A stretch of 64,000 nucleotides of DNA, from assembly GCA_963808625.1 (NCBI GenBank), contig CAWEHK010000024.1, positions 31,590 through 95,589 of the forward strand. The letters run 5' to 3'. Shown here piece after piece: positions 50,335 through 60,247 of the stretch. The notes beneath the pieces are model-generated. The model made no database searches, was not told where the DNA came from, and saw only the letters and a list, made by a program, of their open reading frames with translations. This DNA is from an uncultured delta proteobacterium (lineage in GTDB: Bacteria > Desulfobacterota > Syntrophobacteria > Syntrophobacterales > Syntrophobacteraceae). The position numbers and the translations under genes were made by a program. Position 1 is the stretch's first letter. Every line of letters starts with the position of its first letter.

Positions 50335-50621
50335 ATGCGTGAAAAAGTTCTGCTCAAGAAATACCCCAATCGGCGCCTCTATGATGCGTCCAAAATGTCC
50401 TCGGTGAATTTTTCGAAGAATACCTGGAATGCACCATCAGAAACTATCTTGCGCAGAAGGCGGCCCTCGATCAGCAGTTTCGAACCTGGCTCGATATGGG
50501 CAAGGATTTTTTCGCCCAGGCGCCTACCCCCATGTCCCCCTTCTTGACCCTTGACTCCCTCTTTGACCTGCTCCCGGGTTTAGGGAAAGCGGCCAAGCAG
50601 GAGTCGCCTCCCAAGGAATAG
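50335..50621 (+). pseudogene. phaR: PHA synthesis regulator PhaR with an internal deletion and frameshift
   Basis: MREKVLLKKYPNRRLYDASK (PhaR N-terminal signature) jumps out of frame directly to NVLGEFFEEYLECTIRNYL...PKE*. Confidence 0.75.
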
Positions 50622-50721
50622 CGCCCGGCCGGAAAACAACGATATCCTCGTCTCTCTGCCTTACCGGTAAAGGAGGGCGGGTTTTCCAACCCGCCCCTCG
50701 CTGTAAACGTTCTCCCACACC

Positions 50722-50973
50722 CTACACCCGTTTTCCATAGGCAAGCCTCCGACTCCAGGCGCCAAGGCGAACGAGGTCCATCATGGTGCAATTGAACGGC
50801 TTTATGATTGAAGCCACATCCCACACCGGCCGGTCGTCATCCTGTGCCAAATCCTTGATGCTCCTCCAGGAATGAGCGAAATCGTGGTATTCACAGCTGT
50901 CGCCGTCGTTGAAAAGCTCGCAATGGTGCTGAGCAACATATCGGTTGTATCTTTGGCAATAGATGATTCTCAT
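50722..50973 (-). CDS. Small Cys/His-rich hypothetical protein
   Basis: 83 aa; GGAGGG RBS; YCQR, HHCE, SCEYH, FNC. Confidence 0.5.
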   Translation of the reverse strand: MRIIYCQRYNRYVAQHHCELFNDGDSCEYHDFAHSWRSIKDLAQDDDRPVWDVASIIKPFNCTMMDLVRLGAWSRRLAYGKRV

Positions 50974-51051
50974 TCCAACCCTCCAGTCCGGGAAAGCGTT
51001 CCTGAAGCAACTTGTGGCAGCAGAAACCTTGTTTCAGCATCAGGGCGCAGG

Positions 51052-52110
51052 CTAAAAATAAGACCGGTGAGTCCAGATTTCTTCCCGCAGATCGGTCATG
51101 TCCTTTTCGATGACGAGATAGAGGGACGCATTCTGGATGGCGATCCCTCCCAGATGAGCCAGAGCGGTGAGCAGCTTGATTTCATCGTCATTGTATTCTC
51201 TCGGTACGGCGCTGTAGAGCCGCAGCACACCGATGATGCCCTGCTTGGTTTTGACCGGCAGGGAGAGCAGGGAGGCAATGCCTTCCTTTTTCTTTTCTTT
51301 CTTGTGCTTCACTCTGGGGTCGGTGGCGACGTCCCGAATCAATACCGGATTGCCTTCCAGAGTTTGCTGGATGCTTCCCTCGATGAGCAGTGGTCCCCGG
51401 CCCAGGTACCGGTCGCTCAAGCCATGACTCGCCACACATTCAATGTTTTTGGTCTTTTCATCCAGGAGCAGCAGGGCCGAGCCTTTCACGCTCAAGGTTT
51501 CCGCGACGTTGACGGTGAGGGCGTGCAGGACCTCCTTGACATTGAGGCTGGAGTTGATATCCACTGCCAAATCGAGAAATAGGTTGGTATTGCGCCTGAT
51601 CTTTTCAAGCAAGCGGGCATGCTCGATCGCCATGCCGCCCTGCTCGGCCAGGGCCGCAGCGAAGTCGATTTCCTGTTTCGAGAAATCCTGCGGACTATTC
51701 GTGAACAACGCCAAACCGCCAATGACCTTGCCCTTTACCATGACCGGGACGATGAGGAGGGAAGCCAATCCTTCGGCCTTCTTCACATCATGACCATCCA
51801 CCCTGCTGTCCGTGGTGCAGTCACGTGCAAAGAAATGACCCTCTTTTTCCAGAATCGGCACCATTTTCCCCGGTTGGGTGAGACCCTTTTTGATATAAGT
51901 CTCAGATAAGCCCTTCTGGGCCGCCGCCCTGAACTGGTCCCGCTCTTCATCGTGAAGAAAAAGCAAGGCGGCTTTCACCTTCATGGTTTCAACAGCACTA
52001 GCGACGATCAGTTTGAGCAGTTCGTCCCTGTCGAGAGTCGTTCCGAAGGCCCTGCTCACCTTGCAGATGGCATCGAAATAATCGTTCTTTTCGGCAGAGT
52101 TCATGATCAT
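51052..52110 (-). CDS. Tandem GAF-domain protein without output domain
   Basis: Two GAF repeats (SLLIVPVMVKGKVIGGL...FSKQEI...LAEQGGMAIEHARL; SLLSLPVKTKQGIIGVL...LAHLGGIAIQNASLY); 4-bp overlap with phaC. Confidence 0.85.
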   Translation of the reverse strand: MIMNSAEKNDYFDAICKVSRAFGTTLDRDELLKLIVASAVETMKVKAALLFLHDEERDQFRAAAQKGLSETYIKKGLTQPGKMVPILEKEGHFFARDCTTDSRVDGHDVKKAEGLASLLIVPVMVKGKVIGGLALFTNSPQDFSKQEIDFAAALAEQGGMAIEHARLLEKIRRNTNLFLDLAVDINSSLNVKEVLHALTVNVAETLSVKGSALLLLDEKTKNIECVASHGLSDRYLGRGPLLIEGSIQQTLEGNPVLIRDVATDPRVKHKKEKKKEGIASLLSLPVKTKQGIIGVLRLYSAVPREYNDDEIKLLTALAHLGGIAIQNASLYLVIEKDMTDLREEIWTHRSYF

Positions 52111-53303
52111 TCTCCCTGGGTTTTCTGGTTTTCTTTCTTGGTTGACGCGGTTCGACTTTTAGGTTCGGCCTCCGGTTTCGGCTCATCTTTGCCGGTTGGG
52201 GGGGGAGCGGGGGCTTCCCCTTCCTTGTCGTCTCTTGCCAAAAGCCAGCCGGCGATTTTGGGAGCCAGTTCCTTCTGGCATTTGGCGCTCACGTAGATGC
52301 CGATGTGGCCGGTCTCCAGGCACAGGTCTTCGGTGTCCTTGCTGCCCACCTTGCTCGTCAGGAGCTCGCAGGCCACGGGCGGAACCAGGTGGTCGAAACG
52401 GCCGTAGATGTTGAGCAGGGGCGCGGTGAGGTTCTGGAGATCGACCCGTTTCCCTCCCAGTTCCATCTTGCTCTGGATGAGCAGATTGTCTTGGAAGCAA
52501 TCTTTGATAAACTGGCGGAAGGTTTCTCCGGGGACATCCGGACTGTCGAAAATCCATTTTTCCATGCGGATGAAATTCTCCACAAAAACCTTGTCCTGGA
52601 CGTTTTCAAAGTAGTTCACGTACTTGTCGAGCATCAACCGGGCCGGATTGAGCAACAGGAAACCGATGTTCAACATATCCCCGGGCATATTGCCGTTCGC
52701 TTCCACCACCAGGTCCGGGTTGAGGGCTTTCGCCCAGATGTTGAGAAGGCCCTTGTCATGGCCAAAATTGCTTGGAGTCACCGTGGTGATCAGGTTTTTC
52801 ACCTTTTCCGGGTGCAGGGCCGAGTACATGATGGAAAAGCTTCCCCCCATGCAGATTCCCATGAGGTTGATTTTTGGCACGCCGTGCCGCTCGCGGATAA
52901 AATCAACGATGTTGTCCAGGTAACCATTCACGTGATCGTCAATGCCCTGATAGCGATCCTTGCGCGTGGGATAGCCCCAATCGATCATATACAGGTCGAT
53001 CCCCTCCTTGAGGATCTTCTCGACCACGCTTTTGCCCGGCTGCAGATCGAGCATGGTCTCGCGGTTGATCAGGGCGTAGACCATGAGCAGCGGGGTCTTT
53101 ACGCGAGCTTCGGCCAGGGGAAGATAGTGCTTGAGCTTCACCCGATCTTCCTCATAGACGATCTCGCAAGGGGTGGTGGCAATGTCCGTTTCAAGCGGAC
53201 CTAACAGGACTTCCTGGGACTTGAGGATGCGCTCCTGCGATTTTCCCACATCCTCGGCCATTTTGCCCAAGATAAGGTCTATTGGGATTTGAGTTGCATT
53301 CAT
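52107..53303 (-). CDS. phaC: Class III PHA synthase subunit PhaC
   Basis: TPCEIVY, PLLMVYALINR..MLDLQP, YMIDWG, lipase box GICMGG, DHLVPP, TGHIG. Confidence 0.95.
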   Translation of the reverse strand: MNATQIPIDLILGKMAEDVGKSQERILKSQEVLLGPLETDIATTPCEIVYEEDRVKLKHYLPLAEARVKTPLLMVYALINRETMLDLQPGKSVVEKILKEGIDLYMIDWGYPTRKDRYQGIDDHVNGYLDNIVDFIRERHGVPKINLMGICMGGSFSIMYSALHPEKVKNLITTVTPSNFGHDKGLLNIWAKALNPDLVVEANGNMPGDMLNIGFLLLNPARLMLDKYVNYFENVQDKVFVENFIRMEKWIFDSPDVPGETFRQFIKDCFQDNLLIQSKMELGGKRVDLQNLTAPLLNIYGRFDHLVPPVACELLTSKVGSKDTEDLCLETGHIGIYVSAKCQKELAPKIAGWLLARDDKEGEAPAPPPTGKDEPKPEAEPKSRTASTKKENQKTQGE

Positions 53304-53315
53304 ACGAGACCTCCG

Positions 53316-54224
53316 TTATCTCATCGACTCAAACTTCTTAAGCTGCTTAGCCATTTCCTTGACGGTTTTCTTCAGGACGTGGAACTCCTTATAAAGTTGA
53401 TCCATCTCCTTGTTCGTTGGAATCGGGAGGATTTGCAGGACGTCCACAAGCAAATCATCCCTGGCGACCTTGTACCCCTCCACGGCGCTGAACGCCCGGC
53501 CCATGGACTCGATGTATTCCGGGGTCTTGTAGAGCGTCATGTAATCGCCTTCCAGGATCTTGATCCACGCGTTGTAGTAGTCTTTGAAATCTTCGGAGAG
53601 CTTTCCCTCTTTGGCCTGTTCCTCGATCTTCTCCTGCATCGCCTTGACCGATCTCTCCACCGGACCATTGAGGTGATGGAGAAATTCACCTACCGCCACC
53701 TGCAACTGATTGAACTTGTCCAGGGCCGTGTTCGTCCGTTCCTGATAAAGGCGGGTCAAGCCCACCTGAGGCGCCTTGAAGAAAGGTTGCAGTTCCTTTT
53801 CATAGAAGGCCGTCCACTCTTTGAACATGCCCGGTTCAAGCCCTTCGAAGCTGTGTGCTTTACCGGCATCGCCGAGCTTGCCGGCATTCTTCAGCCATAT
53901 CTGATAGAGCTGAGAATACCCATCCCAGGTGGTCTGAAGCATTCTCATGGCGGTCTCGGGCGAGGCGGTGGCCCCCTTGAAGATGGCTTCCATGGTCTGG
54001 GGAGAGCCCAGTGCCGAAGTCGATGTCTGCCATGTCTTGAGAAGCGTCTGAAAGCCTTCCTGCATCTTGCCGAAGTCACCCGCAGGGAAAGCCGATGAGC
54101 CGGCGGCTCCGGCCGCCCCTGGAGTCCAGGTCTTCCCCGCGGAAAGCCAAAAATCCGCGGCGGATTTCATCCAGTCGGCAAACATAGAGCCGGGGCTTCC
54201 CGCTTGTTTGTCGTCGTGATCCAT
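53316..54224 (-). CDS. phaE: Class III PHA synthase subunit PhaE
   Basis: PQVGLTRLYQE, YNAWIKILE, LPIPTNKEMD; directly upstream of phaC. Confidence 0.88.
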   Translation of the reverse strand: MDHDDKQAGSPGSMFADWMKSAADFWLSAGKTWTPGAAGAAGSSAFPAGDFGKMQEGFQTLLKTWQTSTSALGSPQTMEAIFKGATASPETAMRMLQTTWDGYSQLYQIWLKNAGKLGDAGKAHSFEGLEPGMFKEWTAFYEKELQPFFKAPQVGLTRLYQERTNTALDKFNQLQVAVGEFLHHLNGPVERSVKAMQEKIEEQAKEGKLSEDFKDYYNAWIKILEGDYMTLYKTPEYIESMGRAFSAVEGYKVARDDLLVDVLQILPIPTNKEMDQLYKEFHVLKKTVKEMAKQLKKFESMR

Positions 54225-54259
54225 GATTAATCTCCCATTTTTCGATGAATTCCCTGGTT

Positions 54260-54291
54260 CCTGGTTCCCAAGCTGGAGCTTGGGAACCAGG
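54260..54291. repeat. Perfect 15-bp palindrome (REP-like)
   Basis: CCTGGTTCCCAAGCT-GG-AGCTTGGGAACCAGG. Confidence 0.65.
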
Positions 54292-54368
54292 GGATTCAGG
54301 TTAAAAGAATACTTTCCTCCCCCCTGACAAGGCCGTTACCGGCCGACATCGACTGTCCCGGCCTGCCT

Positions 54369-55652
54369 TTAGACCCTCTGCAGGACGGTTGCCATGCCTT
54401 GTCCGCCGCCGATGCAAAGCGTCGCCAGTCCGAATTCCAGGTCGTTGCGCACCATCTGATCTGCAAGTGCCAGGATAATGCGGGCCCCGGTGCAGCCAAT
54501 GGGGTGGCCAATGGAGATGCCGCTTCCCAGGAGGTTCGTTTTCTCCAGGTCGAACTTCAGCTCCCGCAAACAACCGATGGCCTGCGCGGCGAACGCTTCA
54601 TTCAGCTCGATGACGCCAAAATCGTCGAGGGAAAGTCCCGTTTTCTTGAGGATCTTTCGTACCGCCGGGATCGGGCCGAGGCCCATGAATGCCGGTTCCA
54701 CCCCGGCCGACGTACAAGCCATGATTTTAGCCAGAGGCTTCAAGCCCAGGTTCTTTGCCATATCTTCCGACATGAGCAGCAGGGCGGCCGCGGCGTCGTT
54801 GATGCCGGAAGCGTTGCCCGCGGTCACCGTCCCATTCTTCTTGAACGCCGGTTGCAGCTTCGCCATCTTTTCCAGGTTGGTGTCCATCGGTCTTTCATCG
54901 ATCGCGAACACCAGGGGGTCTCCCCTTCTTTGGGGGATCACAACCGGTGCGATCTCATCCTTGAACAGGCCCTCGACAATGGCCTTGCGGGCCCGCTGGT
55001 GACTCAGGACCGCCAATTCGTCCTGTTCCTGTTTTGAAATGCCGTATTTTTCCGCAATGTTTTCGGCGGTCATGCCCATGTGATAGCCATAAAAGCTCTC
55101 CTGCAGGCCATCGAGGATCAGGAGGTCGGCCATGCCCGCATCCCCCATGCGAGCGCCCCACCTCGCCGCCGGCACGGCATAGGGAACCATGCTCATGTTT
55201 TCCATGCCCCCGGCCAGGACCACCTCGGCGTCGCCGTTGCTGATGGCCTGGACCCCCAAAGCCACCGCCTTCATCCCGGAGGCGCACAGCTTGTTTATCG
55301 TAAAGGCCGGGGTCTCCTTGGGAATCCCGGCCCCGATCAACGCCTGCCGGGCGGTATTCTGGCCCTGTGCCCCCGGCAGCACGTTCCCCATTACGACTTC
55401 GTCGATCTGCACCGGGCGCAGGGAGGCGTCGTAGTCGTTGGCCTTCTTTTCCAGTTCTGATGGCCCCGCACCCTTGAGGGCATCGGGTTCGAACCCTTGC
55501 AGTTCGGCCCCGGTTTGCGGACGCAGCCCCGCCTTCTTGAGTGTCTCTTTCAGAACCAGCGCCCCCAACTGGACCACAGGCGTCGCTTTGAGGGTCCCCC
55601 CGAAAGCTCCCACGGGCGTTCTTGCTCCGGACACAATAACCACATTTCTCAT
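54369..55652 (-). CDS. phaA: Acetyl-CoA C-acetyltransferase (thiolase)
   Basis: RTPVG, NKLCASG, TAGNASGINDAAA, NEAFA, GHPIGCTG, LCIGGGQG. Confidence 0.92.
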   Translation of the reverse strand: MRNVVIVSGARTPVGAFGGTLKATPVVQLGALVLKETLKKAGLRPQTGAELQGFEPDALKGAGPSELEKKANDYDASLRPVQIDEVVMGNVLPGAQGQNTARQALIGAGIPKETPAFTINKLCASGMKAVALGVQAISNGDAEVVLAGGMENMSMVPYAVPAARWGARMGDAGMADLLILDGLQESFYGYHMGMTAENIAEKYGISKQEQDELAVLSHQRARKAIVEGLFKDEIAPVVIPQRRGDPLVFAIDERPMDTNLEKMAKLQPAFKKNGTVTAGNASGINDAAAALLLMSEDMAKNLGLKPLAKIMACTSAGVEPAFMGLGPIPAVRKILKKTGLSLDDFGVIELNEAFAAQAIGCLRELKFDLEKTNLLGSGISIGHPIGCTGARIILALADQMVRNDLEFGLATLCIGGGQGMATVLQRV

Positions 55653-55673
55653 CTTCTCTTCTCCTTGACCGGC

Positions 55674-56468
55674 CTAGCCTCTCGAACCCAGGCGCAGGCC
55701 CCCGTGAATGAAGTACACATCCCCCGCCATGGCCTCGTTCCGATAGATGTCGCCGACCAGTTGGGCCACTTCCTCGGGCTCCACCAAGCGCCCGATGGGC
55801 ACATCCGCGAGGATCTTGTCCAGGGCCTTCTGGTCCATATTTTTGACCATCGGGGTGGCGACATATCCCGGGGCGATGGCCACGCAGCGAAGCCGGTTGG
55901 AGAGGCCCCGCCGGAAGAACTCCGCCGTGATCACTTTGGGCATGACCGACATGGCGGCCTTGGAAGATGAATAATTGAGCTGCCCCGCCGTTCCCAGGGA
56001 ACCCGTAGAGGAAACCAGGCAGATCAGGCCTCGGCAGTTCTCGTTGATCATGCGCTCGGCGCATTCCCGCACGGTCAGAAAGACCCCGGTGAGATTGATG
56101 TCGATGACGAGCTTGAATTGTTCCAGGGTCATCTTCCGGGTGACTTTCCCGGTCTCTTTGTCCGGGGAGAGCATCATGGCGTCCTTGATGATCCCGGCAA
56201 AGGGGGCTACCAGGTTGATCTGCCCGAATTGCTCGATGGCGGTGTCGGCGAGAAGGGCGCAGTCTTCTTCCTTGGTCACATTGCAGACCACCGTCGCCAC
56301 TTTGCCGCCGATCGCTTCCAGTTCCGCCTTGGTCTGCACCAGAGCGTCCTGGGCCATATCGCCCAGCACCACCTTGCCGCCGTTCTCCACCCAGAACTTG
56401 GCGACGCACTTGCCGATCCCCATCGCGCCACCGGTGATCACCGCTACCGAATCCTTGATTTTCAGCAT
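55674..56468 (-). CDS. phaB: SDR oxidoreductase, probable acetoacetyl-/3-oxoacyl-CoA reductase
   Basis: TGGAMGIG, AGIIKD, YSSSK, IAPGYVATPM; upstream of thiolase-phaE-phaC. Confidence 0.7.
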   Translation of the reverse strand: MLKIKDSVAVITGGAMGIGKCVAKFWVENGGKVVLGDMAQDALVQTKAELEAIGGKVATVVCNVTKEEDCALLADTAIEQFGQINLVAPFAGIIKDAMMLSPDKETGKVTRKMTLEQFKLVIDINLTGVFLTVRECAERMINENCRGLICLVSSTGSLGTAGQLNYSSSKAAMSVMPKVITAEFFRRGLSNRLRCVAIAPGYVATPMVKNMDQKALDKILADVPIGRLVEPEEVAQLVGDIYRNEAMAGDVYFIHGGLRLGSRG

Positions 56469-56483
56469 GGTTTTTCCTCCTGG

Positions 56484-58635
56484 TCATAGGGGTTTCACAC
56501 TTTCACTCCGCCGTCCATCCGGGTCCAGGATGATACGGCAATCGGCCACAACACTACCTTCTCCTTTTTCAAGAACCATGAGCGGATTGATGTCCAATTC
56601 TTTGATTTCGGGGTGATTGATAACCATCTCAGAGAGACTCACCAGCGCCCGCTCCAGCGCCTCCGTATCGGCCGGTGGTTTGCCGCGGAACCCTTTGAGG
56701 ATGGTGAAACCCTTTATCCCCGTGACCATTCGCCGGGCTTCATTGCGCCCGATCGGAGCAAAGCGAAACACCACGTCCCTGAAGACTTCGACAAAGATCC
56801 CACCCAGTCCGAACATGAGCAGGGTGCCAAAGCCATCATAACGGCTCGCCCCCACGATCACCTCTTCGCCGGGAGGAGCCATCTTCTGGACCAGGATCCC
56901 CTCTATGTTCGCCTCCGGGCTATAGCGCCGGGCTCTTTCCATGATCCGGTCGAAGGCTTCCATGGCAGCCTCTCCGCCTTTGAGGTGAAGCTCAACCCCA
57001 TTGGCATCGGATTTGTGAATGATCTGGGGAGAGACGATTTTCATGGCGACGCCCGAGGCGATGTCCTCGGCAAAATCCCGCGCCTCCTCCCGGGTCCTGG
57101 CGAGCATCGTCGGCAGCCCTTCAAAGCCATAACAGTTCAGCAATTCCTTGCCGTCGAGCTCTCCCAGGTAAGTCTTGCCCGCGGCGAGACATTGCGCAAT
57201 GATTTGTGATGCCCGTTCCTGGTCGTGCTCCAGATTGAACTCGGCAAGATACTGCCGGTTGAGCCACCGTGAGTATTTATAGAGACCCCCGAAAGATTTC
57301 GCGGCATGTTCGGGAAAGCGAAAAACGGGGATGCCGTGGCTCTGCAGATGTTTCACCCCGGCCGAAACGTCGACAATCCCCATAAAGCAGCACAGAATCG
57401 GCTTGGTGGTCCGATCGGCGATCTGGGAGATGGCTTCCGCCGTCCCGAGGGCGTTGGTCATGGATTGAGGCGTGAGAATAACCAGAGCACCGTCCACTCC
57501 CTCATCTCTGATCACGGCCCCCAGGGCATTTTCGTAGCGCTCCTGAGACGCGTCTCCGATGACATCCACCGGATTGTGAAGGTTGGCGGTTGGGGGAAGA
57601 TGGCTGTCCAGAACTTCCACGGTCTCATCCTTGAATTTTGCCAGTTCAAGACCCGAAGATACGGTCATATCCGTGGCCACGATCCCCGGTCCCCCCGCAT
57701 TGGTGACGATGGCAACCTTGTTTCCGAGGGGGATCTTCTTGTTGGAAAAGGCACAGGCATAATTGAACAGTTCTTCGATGGAATCGGCTCTGATGATGCC
57801 CGATTGTTGGAACAGGGCGTCGTAGACTCCTTCCCATCCGGCCAGGGAACCCGTGTGCGAGGCTGCCGCGCGGGCGCCTTCGGAAGTGCGCCCGGATTTG
57901 ACCACCAGCACCGGGGTGGGCCGATCTCCCGAGGTGATCTTCTTGACCGCCTGGATGAATTCGGGACCTTTCTGGCGCATTTCTTCCAGATAGATCATGA
58001 TGACTTCGGTGTTGGGGTCTTCATGGAGATACTGAAGCAGATCGAGCTCATCCACGTCCGCTTTGTTGCCGATAGAGATGAACTTGGAAAATCCGAAATC
58101 GCGATCCGCGGCAAAATCCAGGACCGCGGCACACAGGGCCCCACTTTGGGAAATAAAAGAAATCGGACCGAAAGCCGGCATGCGCGCGGAAAAGCTGGCA
58201 TTCAGCCTCACGGTGGGATCTGGGTTGATCACCCCGAGACAATTGGGCCCGACCAGGCGAATACCCGCTTCCCGGCATCGCGCCGTGATCGGCGTCCTCG
58301 ATCCGGCGGCCTTCATCACCGACTTCGCGAAAGCCTGCGGAAACAATGACAATCCCTTTGATGCCCATTTCCGCAGCATCATCCACCGCCTCAAGCACGG
58401 CTTCCGGGTGGAGGATGATGATGGCCAGGTCCACCGGTTCCGGAAGGTCGGAGATGGAAGGGTAGGCCTTAACCGATTTGATGGACTTGGCTTTTGGGTT
58501 CACCGGGAAGAGCGTCCCCTGATATTCTCCTTTAAGGATATTGACAAAAACATCGTGTCCCGTTTTTCCGGGTGTCGTGGAAGCACCGACCACGGCAACG
58601 GATCTGGGGGAAAAAATTGCATCCAGGTTCTGCAT
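56484..58635 (-). CDS. ADP-forming acetate/acyl-CoA ligase, fused alpha-beta (frameshift near 58290)
   Basis: FSPRSVAVVGAS, SAGFRE, GPNCLG, SQSGA, AASHTGSL, NPVDVIGDA, HKSDANGV, FGLGGIFVE, ELDINPL. Confidence 0.9.
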
Positions 58636-58759
58636 CGATTCTCTCCTTGAAAAGGCATCTGAGTTCGCTACCCACAAAGGGCTCGTGAGCCACCGTTCCC
58701 CTATGGTCAAGGGTGGGTCTATCATAATCGCACAATCAGCCTTGTCAAGCAGAAATTGT

Positions 58760-58771
58760 TGCATTGCACCA
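58760..58771. promoter_or_regulatory. Candidate PhaR box
   Basis: TGCATTGCACCA, 125 bp upstream of the ligase-phaB-phaA-phaEC operon. Confidence 0.6.
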
Positions 58772-58878
58772 TGCCTAAAAGTTCATAACAAAACAACCAT
58801 TGATATACATCATTATGTAAATACTGATTTATACAAAAAAGATCGTCACAGGTGAACTCTTGTAGCATAAATTAGTGT

Positions 58879-58890
58879 TGCTATGCAGCA
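58879..58890. promoter_or_regulatory. Second candidate PhaR box
   Basis: TGCTATGCAGCA. Confidence 0.45.
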
Positions 58891-58917
58891 TCGCCCTTCC
58901 AGCGCGATGCCCCACGG

Positions 58918-58995
58918 AAAAATCCTCCCCCACCCCCCTTTCCTAAAAGGCGAGATGAAAGTCTCCCTCTATTAAAGGGGGATCGAGGGGGTTTT
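58918..58995. repeat. C-rich/G-rich nested inverted repeat
   Basis: AAAATCCTCCCCCACCCCCCTTT ... AAAGGGGGATCGAGGGGGTTTT. Confidence 0.5.
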
Positions 58996-59020
58996 CGGAC
59001 AAGCTCCCGGCCGGTTCTCC

Positions 59021-60152
59021 TTAGAGCAGCGTGTCGATCGGCGTATAGTCGAGACCGAGGGTGTCGGCGACCGCTTTGCAAGTTACCTTACCGCCGACTA
59101 CATTCGCCCCGCGTTGGAGTTCCCCATTCTCCTGCATGGCTCGCTTCCAGCCCTTGTCGGCAAGCTGAAGGGCGTAGGGCAGGGTGGCATTAGTGAGGGC
59201 AATGGTGGAGGTCCTGGGGAGCGCCCCCGGCATGTTGCTCACGGCGTAGTGGACCACATCGTCGACGATATAGGTCGGTGTGTCGTGGGTGGTTTCCTTT
59301 GAGGTTTCAAAGTTCCCCCCCTGGTCGATGGCCACATCCACCAGCACCGTGCCCTTTTTCATGGTCTTGACCATTTCGCGGCTGATCAGGATGGGGCATT
59401 TGCTGCCGGGTGTGAGGGTAGCCCCGACGACGATGTCGGCTCTCGTAACCAGATCGCGAATCACCGCCGGGCTCGAACATCACCACAAAGCAGCTCGGCG
59501 GCAGGATGTCACTCAAATACCGGAGACGGTCCAGGTTCACATCCAGGACATAAACCTTGGCCCCCCACCCGCAGGCCGTCTTGGCGGCACTGAGACCCAC
59601 CGCCCCACCACCGAGGATGACCACCATACCGGGGTCCACTCCGGGCACTCCGCCCAGGAGCACCCCGTGGCCCCCCTGAGCCATCTCGAGGTATTTGGCG
59701 CCTTCCTGGACGGCCATTGCTCCTGCCACCTCGCTCATCGGTTTGAGCAGCGGCAGCGACCCGTCGGCCTTCTGCACGGTCTCGTAGGCAACGAAGACAG
59801 CCCCGATCCTCATGAGGGCGCGAGTCAATGCTTCCGAGGCCGCCAGATGCAGATAGGAAAAGTAGATCTGCTCCGGCCTCAGAAACCGGTACTCAAAAGG
59901 CTGCGGTTCCTTCACCCGAAGAATCATCTCGGCGCGCCGGAAAATCTCCTCGGGCGCCTCGGCTGCCGCCGGCGTATTGACGATTTCCGCACCCTTCCCG
60001 GCATAGTCGGTATCTTCGAAGCCACTGGCTTTTCCGGCTCCCTTCTCCACCAGGACGGCATGCCCGTGTTGCTTCATGATTTCCACCCCCGCCGGGGTCA
60101 TGGCAGCCCGGTACTCGCCCGCCTTTCGTTCTTTGAGAATTCCGATGATCAT
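59021..60152 (-). CDS. ald: Alanine dehydrogenase, second copy (+1 frameshift near 59478)
   Basis: IGILKERK, VKEP, YLHLA, PMSEVAG, GGGAVG; then VDVAIDQGG and NMPGA in the next frame. Confidence 0.85.
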
Positions 60153-60204
60153 GGTTCCTCTCCTCTCCTGTTGCACCAGCAAACGGCCTGTGAACCGGTC
60201 CGGG

Positions 60205-60237
60205 AAAAAGCGGGTGGCCGGAGGACCTGTCACCCGC
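60205..60237 (-). terminator. Possible terminator between the two ald genes
   Basis: On the minus strand GCGGGTGAC...GCCACCCGC followed by T5. Confidence 0.45.
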
Positions 60238-60247
60238 CCGTTTTGCG

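Noticed and set aside
54955..56487. 510-aa Arg/Gly-rich ORF overlapping the SDR and thiolase genes
   Set aside because: Alternate frame of GC-rich coding sequence with low-complexity composition.
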